From: Takakia lepidozioides
Lineage: Eukaryota > Plantae > Bryophyta
DNA: 64,000 bases
Assembly: GCA_030704615.1 (NCBI GenBank)
Contig: CM060734.1
Location: 39,990,001 to 40,054,000 of the forward strand
Direction: 5' to 3'
Shown: positions 35,598 to 48,267 of the stretch, one piece after another
Layout of the letters: each line of letters opens with the position of its first letter
How positions within the stretch are numbered: position 1 is the stretch's first letter
Made by a program: the position numbers and the translations under genes
Notes under the pieces: generated by a model
What the model was told of the DNA's origin: nothing
The model's input: the letters and a program-made list of their open reading frames with translations, nothing else
Database searches by the model: none

Positions 35598-36560
35598 GGC
35601 ATTTGCCTTCTGGACTTGTTTGGCGGGATCAGCACCGGATTGGCTGCTGTGCTACAGGCAGGTTTGCGGGTAAGGCGTTACCTATATGTGGAGAGAGATG
35701 AGACTGCACGACGCGTCTCACTGCGCCATGTTGCTTAGTTGGTACAGCAGTACCCTGCTTTGTTGCCAGTGTCTGCAGTTCGTGGATACCAACAAGCCTT
35801 GCCAGCAGACATTTCGTTGCTGGGGGCGCCGGATTTGGAGCAGGTTGGCTCCATTGATCTGGTAGTGACAGGTTGGCCCTGCCAAGGGCATTCATCACCC
35901 GGGCATGGCAATGGATTGCGAGACTCGAGGACGGGTCTGTTTTGGGAGATGGTGCGGATTTTGCGCCACTTGCAGCTTCATCAAGCTGTATCGCCAGCAT
36001 ACATCTTGGAGAATGTGCCACTGATGGGCGATTCTCGGGCCAGGGTGATGACCAGTGTGCACGGTCGTGGCTTGGGTCAGCAGTGCTGCTGGATGCAGCT
36101 GCAGTGGGATCACGAGCTCATCGTCCACGGCTATGGTGGACTAACTTGATGCCACCCACACTGCTCAAGCGTGCATTTGATGGGGTGCAGCGGCCAACAC
36201 ACCTCATAGTGGACAGCATTTTGGACACAGGGAGGCAGTCTCAACGTGTGAGACACGATGACCGTTCGCCTTTGGCAGTGGTCAACAGGGTGGGTCAACC
36301 ACGAGCAGCATTACCTACACTGCTCAGCTTCCCAGGATCCCATGCTTTTCGGGATGGTGGACCTGGCCTCCTGTGGGATGCTCAGTTGCAACAGATAGTG
36401 GAGCCTAATGCCGACGAGCGAGAGCGGGCTATGGGGTTTTCCACTGGGACCACGGCGGTGCCTTCTCTTTCTGAGGCATCTCGTCGTCAGGGGTTGGGGC
36501 AAGCAATGGATCTCAATTGCTTGACCTGGATTATCAGCTTGGCTATGGCTGAGCAACGTA
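35598..36560 (+). pseudogene. C5-cytosine DNA methyltransferase domain (DNMT3/DRM-like motif style) within pol
   Basis: Motif I LLDLFGGIS, II YVERD, IV GWPCQ (catalytic Cys at 35880), VI ILENV, VIII AHRPRLWWTN, IX ERERAMGF, X RRQGLGQAM. Stop at 35736-35738 and frameshift near 36060. Confidence 0.92.
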
Positions 36561-37054
36561 GAGTGCGGAGTGCACTTCCCTTGACGGTCTCTCTGCCTAT
36601 CGAGACGATACAGGCAGCGAGTGGGGGCGAGCCGGTAAGGACCACGGGGTGTAGACATCCATGGCACATGTGGGAGGTGCTCGAGGTCCAGAGGGAGTTG
36701 GCAGCCAAGGCAGCTGTGATGGATGAGGTTGGGGATTCTTCTCGGGTTGAGGAGGTTCTCATGATGAGATGATGGGGCAGGATGAGGCCTTGTCATTGAC
36801 TGAGCAGGAAGGGAGTACTGCTCAAGAGGTTGCAGCATAGCAACCACGGGACGCGTCCTCTACCTCTAAGCCCATTGGACTTAAGGTTGCAGTTACAGAG
36901 GACAATTGGGAGCCTGACATTGGACCCATTGTCACCGGAGGAGAGAGACGACGTATGCGGCGGTTCCTGAGGGCTTACAGGAATTGCTTTGCCTTCAGTT
37001 TGAAGGACTTGGGAGCACTGAAGGGTCAAGAGATTTGCATTGAATTGTCTGTAA

Positions 37055-39554
37055 TTGCCAATCTTTCGGAGACCCTATAGATACAGTGACATGGAGAGGT
37101 CCTTGATTCAGATGAGAACTCAGGATCTTTGGGAGGCAGGTTTGGTGGAGCTCTTTGGTGGAGAGTATGCTTTAGCCACAATGATGCCAGCTAAGAAGGA
37201 TGTCTATGGCAATTGGACGGAGAGACGTATGTGCGGTGATTACCGGCCTATAAATCGTAAGACCAAGTCCGATAGGTATGCCATGCCGACACCAGAGGAG
37301 ATCTTTGATGCCATTGGGCATTCCAAGGTCTTTAGCACGTTGGATTTACGATCCGGATATCACCAGTTGCCGATCAAGGAGGCGGATAAGCAAAAGACGA
37401 CATTCTGGGGGATCAATGAGCACGGGAAGGATTGCCTATACCAGTGGCGGTTCTTACCATTTGGGCTTAAAAACGCTCCTGCTGAGTTTCAAAGGGTCAT
37501 GGACAGGATTCTAGCAGGGGTGGAGTTTGCTCGGTGCTACATAGATGACATCATCATCTTTAGTGTTACGGTGGAGGAGCATGAGAGACACCTTTAGGGG
37601 GTATTTGAGCGCTTGAGGACGCACGGATTGAAGTTATATCCGGGAAAGTGCAAGTTTTTCCACAACCAAATTGAGTATCTGGGTCACATGACGGTTTACA
37701 GACGGTTTGTTAAGGGATTTAGTGCCATTGCAAAGGCTCTAACCAAGCTGACCAAGGTGGACCAGGAGTGGCAGTGGGAAGATGAGCAAGAACAAGCTTT
37801 TCAAGAGCTCAAGGCGAGGTTGACCTCGGCGCCCATCTTGAGACGACCTATTAGGGGGCGTCCTTTTCAGCTGCATACAGATTGGAGCATGCTGGGGCTT
37901 GGAGCGGTGCTCACACAGGTGGATGATGAGGGAAGAGAGTTCGTAGAGGCTTACACTAGTCGCTCGAACAATGCTGCTGAGTCTAAGTATAGCTCATATG
38001 AGGGAGAATGCTTAGCTGCAGTGTGGGCCGTGGCACACTTCAGGTGTTATCTATACGGCAATCTCTTCACCCTTGTCACGGATCACCAACCACTCAAGTG
38101 GTTGATGGAGTCAGACAAGCTTACGGGGAAGCTTGCACGGTGGGCACTCATCCTTCAAGAGTATGACTTTCAGGTGGTGCATCGACCGGGTTTGGTCAAT
38201 CGCAATGCAGATGGGTTGAGTCGCAATCCATGCACGAGCCAGCAGGATGACACTGGAGCTCGGTGGCATGGTGAGACAGACGAGGAGATGGTGCCCGGAT
38301 GGCATGCATCTGCATTTCTGTGTATCTTGGCAGCGGAAGGCCAGGTTGGACCTGCAACAGGGATGACTGTAGATCAAGTGTCTGAGGACCTCGAGGCCAG
38401 CAATGAGCAAGGTGGCGCCAAAGATATACATGAGGATTCAGTTGTGTTGGACTACCTCCGCACTGGAGACACTGCAGCCACTGTGATTGCCAATGAGAGG
38501 GATCGGATCCTACAACGAGCTAAGAGGTTCAAGTGGGAGGGGACACACCTGCTCCGAGTATGGGAGGATGGTCGAGTGAGGATTGTGCCTCACCCAACAC
38601 AGCGGGCACGGTTAGTGCGGCATGCCCATGAAGAGTTGGGCATTTTGGGGTGCGACGCACTCATAGTCTACTGCAGGGCAGTATTGGTGGCGTGGTATGC
38701 ACACAGAGGTGCAACAATTTGTGGCTAGGTGCATGGTGTGTGACAGGGTGCGTGCTTCAGTCAACGCCCCTACTCCACAATTGCACCTTCTTCCGATCAT
38801 GGGATTGGGCTACAGGTGGAGTCTTGACTTCGCAGGGCTGTTGCCACTGACCATGCGCCACAACAAGTACGTGTTGGTGATGGTGGAGCACTTCTCCAAG
38901 TGGATTGAATTGGTTCCATTGCCTGATAAGGCTAGTGAGGGAGTTGCGTATGCATTCTTGGATTGTGTGCTTAGCCGATTCGGTGCTCCAGCTGAGGTAC
39001 TCACGGACCAAGGGAGAGAGTTCTTAGGGGAGTTTCAGGCTTTGTGTGACAAGGCCTTGATAGACCACCGCACCACTTCTCGGGATCATCTTGAGGCCGA
39101 TGGCTTGGCCGAGAGAGTTGTTCAGACAGTAAAGAGGGGTTTGCGCAAGTATGGCTTGCAGAAGGGACACCTAGGAGATTGGGACCTTCAGTTACCCTGG
39201 TTAGCCATGGGCTACATGTTCAGCAAGCAAGTATCACTTGCCTCCTTCTCACCATACTTTCTTTTCTTTGGCCGAGAGCCGGATTTGCCTACATCCATTC
39301 GCAGAGAAGCTGCTACAGTTCTTAACCTTGACGATCCGGATGTGTGGGCATGTGCATGTGAGCAGCGTGCAAAGTTGTTCAAGAAAGTCATGCCAATGGC
39401 TTTTGAGAACCTTGCCATTGCACAACACCGTGATACGTTGATGTATGCTACCATACGTGGTCGGGGCTATCGTCCTGGGGTTCGGAGATTCAACCCTGGT
39501 GACTACGTCTATCTGCAGCAGACTGCTCCTACGACCTTGGATGTGACTGCATGA
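37055..39554 (+). pseudogene. RT, RNase H and DDE integrase of the MTase-bearing element
   Basis: [31 protein letters not shown]; LHTDWS..GLGAVL, YEGECLAAVWAV, TDHQPL; H..H/C..C, SLDFAG, TDQGREF, DGLAER. Internal deletion after IEYLGHM; stops at 37595 and 39552. Confidence 0.92.
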
Positions 39555-39722
39555 CGTGTTATTTTGAGGGTTCGAGAGGTCTTGCCCTCATGCGTCTTGG
39601 TCTTGGAGGGTCGGGATGGCATAACTTGGAAGGACCATGTGCGTAATTGTGTGCCATGTCACCTTCCGAATGTCGATGGCAGGATAGACCCAAACTTGGC
39701 AGTGGTATCTGCAGGTTTGAGG

Positions 39723-39857
39723 TGCATGTTGTGTGGGTCTGCTAGAGGGGCAACCACCATGCTGGTGTGTGATCGATGCTCTAGAGGTTGGCATATGGGA
39801 TGCTTGACTCCACCTCTTGAGATGGTTCCGGATGGGGATTGGTTATGTCCACATTGC
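39723..39857 (+). other. PHD finger at the C-terminus of the integrase
   Basis: CMLC..MLVCDRCSRGWHMGCLTPPL..VPDGDWLCPHC is a C4HC3 pattern, in frame with the integrase ORF across one TGA. Confidence 0.92.
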
Positions 39858-40127
39858 ATTGGATAGTGGGGGTGGATACAACCATGGAAGGCTAACAAGA
39901 AACGCAAGGCCCAGCTACTAGGAGACCTTGAACACACGAGGTCCTGGCTCAAGTTCACAGATTACAGAGACGGCGACTAACGATGGGGCTACTCTTGTAC
40001 CCGGCCTCTTGGTCTATAGGGTTTGAGTGCAATAGGGACAGTGATAGAGGACTTAGTACGGCTGTGGCTATTACATCTTGTAGCTATCTGGAGGTAGAGG
40101 GACCTACCCACCAGCTAGGGGGGCGAT

Positions 40128-40650
40128 TGTGGCAGACTACTTTATTGTGCATATATGTGTGGTGTGATTTGGACAGCGATGTTTATGTAGCGATACGTAT
40201 GCGCACGACAGCTGTCAAGTTAAATAAGCATAGTGTGAAAACAACTAGAATAAAGCTAGTTATTTGTATTTAACACTTGGATTTAGGTCAAGTGTTAAAT
40301 CAGGTGTCAAGTTTAGTTTGACACCTGAACCGCCTTATCTTCACGAGAGCGGCAGTCGCGCAGCTCATCTCTCTCGAGTTGAGCCTGCGCGACCGAGCTC
40401 CTTCACGCTTTAGAAGCTGAGTATGCTTATGAAGGGAGGATAGGTTGTTGTGGGGTGGAGTCCCCATAGCTTGGGGTGCCCCTGGCTCGACTACTATTTT
40501 AAAGAGTGATGGTGTTGGTTTTCATGTTTCTTGTGTGAACAGTGTGTCTTTTAGTTTTCTATCATTGTGGCAGACTACTTTATTGTGCATATATGTGTGG
40601 TGTGGTTTGGACATCGATGTAGTTATGTAGCGATACGTATGCGCACGACA
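40128..40650 (+). repeat. Split terminal repeat A-B-A (A 40128-40210, B 40213-40564, A 40566-40650)
   Basis: The ~85-bp block TGTGGCAGAC...GCACGACA occurs twice around a TGTCAAG...TATCA block, directly after the purine tract. Confidence 0.85.
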
Positions 40651-41842
40651 CGCAACATCAACTTTGTTTTTTGCATTGTGCCTCCCTGCTCCTTCCCTTG
40701 GACCGATCCCGTATCTTCATAACATTCATATTGATGTCAAAATTATCCTCCTACTCAATTAACTATGCACTTCTCCTTACACCATGCCTACAAATTGAGC
40801 TCCTCCCTATCTAAAAACAACGTCCTGACAATATTCCAAAGACATACTCCAATGTGTCATGAATTGCATTCACTGTCAAGACCTCTACTAAAACAACATG
40901 CAAATACAGATGGAAAAACAGATAAGTATACAAGCTGTTGAATTTCAAGCACAGAAGAAGTGTCATTTTGTGACTTAAGCGATACAGTTGGAAATAATAT
41001 TTAGAGAGGAGGTCAAAAGAAATATTTATTTTTTTGTTCTCAAATTGTTTGAGGCTCAAATTCAATCCGCAAAATATATTAGGATTGGTTTACCAATCAG
41101 GTAATCAAAACTGGAAAAAGTTTTTATAAGTGTCATGCTCGCATCTTTTAGCTTGTAGGTTGCAGTAGTTATCCATGCAACATTCCAAACAACCTCTTTT
41201 GATCGAAAACCATAGCAAACTCAAAAGCAGATGAAAGAGATTAGAATGTACCTCCTTGTCGCTACTTTGAACAAAGATTGGGGTCTTCTCTGATCATTTC
41301 TTCTTCGAAAGGCACAACCACTACAAAGCTTTCTTCACGATCTCTGATTAATATGTTTACGTACGCTTTTCAATTACGTAGTACACCTTGAGCAAATACA
41401 TAGAGCACCGAAAAATCATGGATTGTTACGTATCTTGGTTTAAGATCTTCATAACCCTGAGCCAGCAAGTTTTTGCCTCTTACAAAACTTTTTGTGCCAC
41501 CTTTTTACCTTATAATTTTAAAATTAAAAACCTTCAAAGATATCTTTATTAAAAAAAACTTGTTCAAACAAAGGGGCCGTGGTGAAGGAGGCAGGAATTT
41601 TACAAAATATAAATTCCAAAGAAGAGAGAGAGAGAAACTTGAAAATATTTAGCACGGTTGATCCGAATAAACAAAACGATTGAGATCAATTGAATCTTCA
41701 GAGAAATGAAACCTACAAAGAGTGAGCCATTGCATTTCCTTCCACCACATTTTGTGGAGCTAGACTATTGTTATATCTCATGTTTCATCTTCTTCATTTA
41801 TGGTTTTTTATTATACAGTAATAACTTGACCTCAAAAAAATG

Positions 41843-42244
41843 GGGAACAATAGCAATAACGTAGGAACTTAATGCAAGTGTGAAATCTTTGACTATGCGG
41901 CACGCCGGTTTTCGGCCTTTCAAATCCCCTCCCCCCATACTAACACAGATAGGAGTGACACGGAACAAAGTGTCACTCTGGTAAAATTAAATTCAAATGA
42001 AAAAGACACGAGACACCGGGGGTGACACACCCTTCCATCGAGTGTTGAAACTTGCACATCTCAAGTACCATTGTCGTTGCCCTACCAATACACTATTCAT
42101 CACTGCACTATAACCATATGCATTCTAAAATATTTAAGAGGGGGGGGGGATTTTGACATGGGGTCTGGGAGAGGATCCAAATCCAGTGATAGTACCCTCA
42201 GATTGCATGTGCACATTAAGTTCTTACATTATTTCTATTGTTAC
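41843..42244. mobile_element. MITE-like element with ~45-bp imperfect TIRs
   Basis: ggaacaatagcaataacgtaggaacttaatg is mirrored by cattaagttcttacattatttctattgttac. Confidence 0.5.
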
Positions 42245-44159
42245 TTTTTTTTCTTTTTTTTTTTGGCTTAAGAGAGGATAGAGGCAAATTTTAATAATAG
42301 GGGAAAATTTTTTTTTTTCTGTTGTTTTAAAAAACTGGTATTCATTCTATTTTTTGTTTGTTTGTAATTTTAGTTGTAGTCTTTGTTGTTTCCCCGTGCA
42401 TGAGTACCAAAATTACTATCCTATTGCCAGTAGTTGTGTTAAATCTGTAAATGAATTCCGTCAACTTTTTCATACGTTCTTGCATGATGTACTTTCGACA
42501 TATCTTAGAATTTGTAAAGCGGAATTTGGGTGCCCCCAATAGAATTCACCATATGGTCCACCTGGATAAATATCAACCATCCGGAGTATGAAGAATTATT
42601 AATTTATTGATTACAACACTTTAACAATCATGTACATATTCATTTCTACACTAATGAATCATTAATCATTCTCACTCGATTCATTCACGTAGAGGATGGA
42701 AATAAGAGTAAATATTTTCTTCTATTTTATATGTCTACTTTTCCAACACATAAAGGAATTTTGATATGATGCCTATGTAAGATGCAATCTTGACATTCTG
42801 GCAACATGTTTTGTGCCGCAGAGGTAGCTCAAATAATGCCCCAACAAAGTTTGTATGTTGACATATACTAGATGGGTGGTGTCGGACTTTTGATAAATAG
42901 TGGCCCTAGTGGCCTTATTAACAAGCACACAATCAGTCCAGTACTAACGTGAGTGAGAATGGCCTCCCGCTGGGTTTTTGTATTCTGATGAAAACAAAAA
43001 GAGAATTTCAGTAGGTCCGTCGAACTTTACATTGGTACCATGTGTTTCTATTGGATTGATTACATCAAGTCCAATGCATTTGAAAACATGAACCACTCCG
43101 ACCGGTATTGTGCTGGCGCCGACTCCTGCCTCCTTGATCATAAAAACGTCGGCAAGGCATGGACTATTAGGAGAAGGTTGACCGTCTCTTGCCGAAGCAA
43201 ACGGAACATATGGTGTCGCTTCCTGGAAAGGCTATTGCCTTCCATTTGGAAGGTGGCCTCTCGACAAATATACTCGGGGCAACAACTTGGGACAACTTGG
43301 GCACCACGGTTCCCCAAAGTCTCAAAAGTATCCACCCATTAATGTCTAGTTGACCGAACCTAACCATTGGCAACACGGTTGCCAAAATCTTCTCCAAGCA
43401 TAGAGAAGTCCTTAGCATTAAGTGCCTTGTTGGGGAGGCGTCAAATACTATTAGGGTTACTTTCCATGTGACCCGTTCTCCCGTTCTGCTGATGTCACAC
43501 GAAGGGAGAATGGGTCCAGGCACCTTGTTCCATGGATGTCGAGACGTCGAGACCCGTGCACGACCTGGCCAGGTCCAGTGCGCCCAATGCCTCACTTTTG
43601 GTGAGGCATTGGGCGGGTCTGGTTCTCCATGGTTGACTTACACTAGCCAGTATTTTTTCTCCCATGACCTTCTAAGTAGGTTACCTTCTTGGAGACACAT
43701 TTCTTTTTTGGTCACACATGCAAAAGTGCCGGTGGAAACCACCGGCTCCAGTTCAACGGTGCATGGAAAGGGGTGTGAGTGGATGTGACCCGTGGTCAAA
43801 CCCATTTTTGGATGACGTCATGTAACGGGAACGGGTTTACATGGAAAGTAACCCTTATTATTATCTTGTTGACTCACTTCATCGTTGGTTTTGTAACTGG
43901 AGACATCTAACAAACAATGATGGTATTTTTTTCGCTTTAAAAAAAAAATGTAGAGGGACATTAGCCTCAAAAATTTATAGATAGTGGACCCAAACGTCCG
44001 AGAATCACAACGATATATCGCAGAGGGGATGGAACAAATAACCATCCATGAGGCCGTGAAGGCTTATGGTGCGGAGACTACCCCAAGACCCTTGATTTTG
44101 AATCCACGACCACCCCTGTTTCCAATATATATATATATGATGCCTCCTCGCGAAGGGCT

Positions 44160-44370
44160 ACTGCGGAAGGTGGACAACCTTTGTGACACCAATGGGTGGA
44201 TTGAACCCACAACCACTTTCAAGGTGGTATATGCCCATGACAGAGAAGGGCTTCCTCCCCCATTCCCCCCAAACAAACAGGGAAAAAAAGAAAAGGGAAA
44301 AAAACAGAAAAAAAAACTAAACCACACTTCTAAGGCAGGCTTGAGCCCAGCCTAACCATTGGGCCACATG
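44160..44370 (-). mobile_element. tRNA-derived SINE-like copy (interrupted)
   Basis: Minus strand TGGCCCAATGG (A box) and GGTTCAATCC (B box); homologous to 5640-5700. Confidence 0.5.
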
Positions 44371-45469
44371 TTGGATGCTCATGGACTGTCATTATTACAA
44401 GAGTATTGGAATATAGGATGTACGGTAAACACAAGAGATGTATGCAAGATGTCTAGGTACCTAAACTTTATGACATTCCAATGACAGGGTACTCTGCATG
44501 ATTGTATAATCTTTCCAACATCACTACTGCTGGTACATGGAACATGGGAATCCTACTGTAACATGAAGACTTGTGTCCAAAACATGGGTGGTCCTGGACA
44601 TGAGGTTTTTTATTTTTATTTTTTTCATTATAACATAGGAAATAGGAGAATTAAAAAAGTTAATGGTGACTTTTTCCTTAATCTTTTTTTCGCTTTAGTT
44701 AATGGTAAAAGAAATGGTAATTCTCCTACTATTTTTGTTGTGATTTCAAGATAAGGATGTATGTAGACTGGTATTATAGTACACGGATGAACTTAGGGGC
44801 ATGCATCACGACGACTATGATAAGAACAAGAGTAGAAAAAGTGATCCTAATGGATGAAACTCTTTCCTGGATGACGTCAGGTCGACCCGCCATATATTGT
44901 AATACCCTGACACGTGGTTGTTGGATGAATTGAGCGTCCTACTGGATGAAATAAACGCATTATGTAAGCAAACGACGCCTTCATGTACGTAAGATTGTGT
45001 GCATGAACGAGGGACGAATCAAAATGGTCACGTGTGTGTGAAGACCGGTATCTCAGATGAGATCCTGACCGTTGGAAAACGTCAGATTCGTCGTCTGGTC
45101 AAAACGGTATGCGAGCCAACTAATCATTCTCGTAATGACCCTGGGGTTCTGAGTTCTGAGCTCAGAACGGCATTCCTTTTGGATGTACAGACTTCTATGG
45201 ACGAGAAAGTGGCCACTTGGATGAACTCCTATCTCCACTCCAATGAAAGGTCGCTGAAATGGATGCAAACACTTGCTACATATGAATGTCCCATGGATGC
45301 GTGCTATTTCATCCAACTTGTTGTGAGTGCACTAGTGACCATTATCCAGATTTCCTTCCATAAAGACAGAAACGAATTCTTATCATTAATTACTGATCCG
45401 GCATCCCACCTGTGCCAGGCTTTTCGGAAATTACATAATAAATCCAGGGCACTGTCCCTTGTTGGTTAA

Positions 45470-45757
45470 GAAAAAAGAAAAAAAAAAGAAAAAAAAAGAA
45501 GAAAAAGAGAGGAAGTGACTGAGAGGAGCCTGAGGGAGAAGAGTGCAAAGGGAGTGAGAAAAAAAGAAAGGGAAAGAGGGAAAAAAAAGAAACAGGGAGT
45601 GGGAAAGAGGGAGGGAAAGAGGGAGAGGGAAAAAAAGGGAGAGGGAGTGGGAAAGAGGGAGAGGGAGGGAGAGGGAAAAAAAGAAAGAGGGAGTGGGAAA
45701 GAGGGAGAGGGAAAAAAAGGGAGAGGGAGTGGGAAAGAGGGAGATAAGATAAGATAA
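45470..45757 (+). repeat. Purine-only low-complexity tract with GGGAGTGGGAAAGAGGGAG repeats
   Basis: Read directly; one more unit at 45925-45978 beyond the SINE. Confidence 0.85.
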
Positions 45758-45761
45758 AGTT

Positions 45762-45920
45762 TCTTTAACGTCCAGTGAATTTACAGAGCCTACTGCTCAA
45801 CACACAGGCCATCGAGGGCCCAATGGACGGTCTGAAGGCACATGTTGAAGGATTGAACCCAGGATCACCTAGGTTATGCACAGGCAAGGCACAAACACCC
45901 AACCACTGGGCTACCTGCTC
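45762..45920 (-). mobile_element. tRNA-derived SINE
   Basis: Minus strand GGTAGCCCAGTGG (A box) and GGTTCAATCC (B box); interrupts the purine repeat. Confidence 0.6.
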
Positions 45921-47776
45921 AGTGGAGAGGGAAAAAAAGAAACAGGGAGTGGGAAAGAGGGAGGGAAAGAGGGAGAAAGTTACTGTAGTGAGAAGAGAAA
46001 AAGGCACGTGGGAAGAAGGAGGGGGGGGGCCGGGACAGGGCAGGGAAGGCCACACTGTGGTGCACTGGAGTCGTCTGTGCTTGTCTGACACAAGATTCCA
46101 CTTTGGTTCTCAGCAGAGCTTTCTCTACGTGTTGGGTTCTACAGAGAGGCCTGTTTGGGAGGGAGGGTCTGGCCAATCTCGTCTGACAGGTGCCTTCTTT
46201 CCCCCTGTCATCTCTCGGGCTGTGACTGTGGTTTTTGGTTTGCACGGCTGCTTTGTTGGGAGTGATGGCTCCTGCCTGACAGTTTCGAAAGGGTCCACAG
46301 GCTGTTGCATCTGTCTATTTTCATCATTGGGTTTGCTACTACTGTGTGTCGCTAGCTGGGTTCCTGCTTATACAGGTGGATGCTGGCGGAATCGTGCCTG
46401 CTCGCGGTTGGGAAGTGCTGGGTATTCCCACTCGACTTGACACAGGATCATATCCGTTTCCCCCTCTTTTTAATCTGTTCCTGTTCCCCGCTTTGCTTCA
46501 GCACTCTGTGGGTGTTGCTCTTTCTAGGAGTGTTGAGACTCTATACCTTTTTCGCTTGGTGTCTCATCGAGGCTCACATCGAGACTTTTCCTTTCCTAGT
46601 GCTTCTGAGAAGTTTTAATTTGGGTGTTTAATCTCCAAATTCCAAAATCGTGGCCTGCACTTACTTTAATTTTTGATCCCACGGAGGTCCTTTTCTGTCT
46701 CATGTTTCATTGGCCATGTATGCCACACTTTCTGATCTAGTCAGTCTTTGGTGACTGCTTCCCTTTCACAGTTTTCCACATCCCTGATTGCTGTCACAAT
46801 GCTTTGACGCTATTCTTGGGCCTTCCTGGCTCCAATTGACAGAGGATTGTTCAGGAGTGAATTTTCTTCTGGTTGACGCAATTTTTCCATGGCTTTCCTA
46901 GGTCTTAAGGCCCAAACGATGGCTGCAAATGCCCTTCATGATGGTTGGTGGGCTGAAAAGTAGAGCTGTAAGATCTGGGCACTCTGCACTAAAGATTTGG
47001 ACGCTCCCCTACACACTAAGCATTTGGGGGATGTGACTCCAAGCCTGATGTCTGTACCCCTTACTCTATGCATACGCAGCAAGCTTCATTCCTTTGCACC
47101 CTTTCTCTCTAATGGCCTCCTTATTCACATCTTCTTATCAGTCGTTTGGGTCACTGTTTGGCATTTGGTTTTTCCTGATATCCGTTCTCTTCTGCAGGAC
47201 GGGAAAAGGAGTGGCAGAGCTGCAAAGCAGACACTTCAAGAGACGAATTTGTGGCGATACAGCCTCCTTATCACAGCAATGGCTTTGTCACGCGACCATC
47301 TGGAAATCTCTCCTGTGCTGCCTTACCCAACAGCCAGGAGACGCCCATTGCTTTATAGATCACTTTGACAGAAGTCCAGTGATCATTGACAGCTTAGGTC
47401 CTGGTCTGGATTAATCAACCCCATGTGCGTGCACTCACATTTTGCTACACGCTCTGAGGGATCATGGTAGCAAGAAGCCTTTGTTCACATGGTGAGCCTG
47501 CATGTAACAGCTCCACGAGCAGGGATAATTTCAGCAAATTCCCCATAGCCGCAGCTGCTATGCCGGTGGTCCCCTTGCCAAGAGCTTGTTGTGGGGCTCA
47601 CTGTGTATTGTCAGTCTCCATCTGCTTGATGCCATCGAGAGCGCCAGATTACTTTGAGGAATGTCAAAAGGCTTGAAGGAGAATAAGGTTTTGCAGTCAA
47701 TCTGATCACACAGGAAGAGAGGAGAGGGAAGGAGGAGACACACGTAGCAAGCACTACTACACAGCTAATAGGAATC

Positions 47777-48236
47777 ATGCCCACACTTTTGAATCCTTTC
47801 CAAAGCCACGCCAAGGCAAACAAATCGAGCTCAGTGGTGGTGAGCCCCCAGTCCAAAGAATCATCTCCTTCTGCCTCCCCATCTGCCTCTTCCAGCAAAT
47901 CATCAAAGAAAATTGGCTCTCATGCCACCTCCCGATCACGAGTGAGCAGCAGGAAAGATTTTCTGAAAGTGACTGTGCAGGGTGGTGGAAAGGAAGAGAG
48001 CTTCAACAACCCAGAAAGCCTTCCATCTTTGCAGGATGCCTACTTAAAATTCAAGCAAATGTACCCCAAGTTCTGTGAGACAGTAGCTGTGGACCGCCTC
48101 AGAGAAAGAGAGTATGGGCATTTGGCTGAGAGGGAGCATATTTGCATGGACTATTGCGGTTTTGGCCTTTTCTCGCATTGGCAGCAGGTTTGTGCCTCTT
48201 TCAATTTGGGAAGGGATGAATTCTTTATGAATACCT

Positions 48237-48267
<31 letters not shown>

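Larger units (their letters stand above)
35288..40650 (+). mobile_element. Ty3/gypsy retrotransposon encoding C5 DNA methyltransferase-RT-RNaseH-integrase-PHD; 5'-truncated and decayed
   Basis: Collinear same-strand domains broken by point stops and frameshifts. PPT-like AGGGGGG near 40117-40123. Terminal repeats 40128-40650. Confidence 0.9.

Noticed and set aside
35598-36560. Host DRM/CMT/MET1 gene or bacterial contamination
   Set aside because: No UBA, BAH or chromo domains, no introns, non-permuted motif order, and collinear with retroelement RT amid plant sequence.
44999-45469. 156-aa ORF followed by an A-rich tract as a retrogene
   Set aside because: No recognisable domain, GTG start, and the A-rich tract merges into a low-complexity purine repeat.
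45515-45757. K/E/G/R-rich ORF
   Set aside because: Translation artefact of a purine-only repeat.
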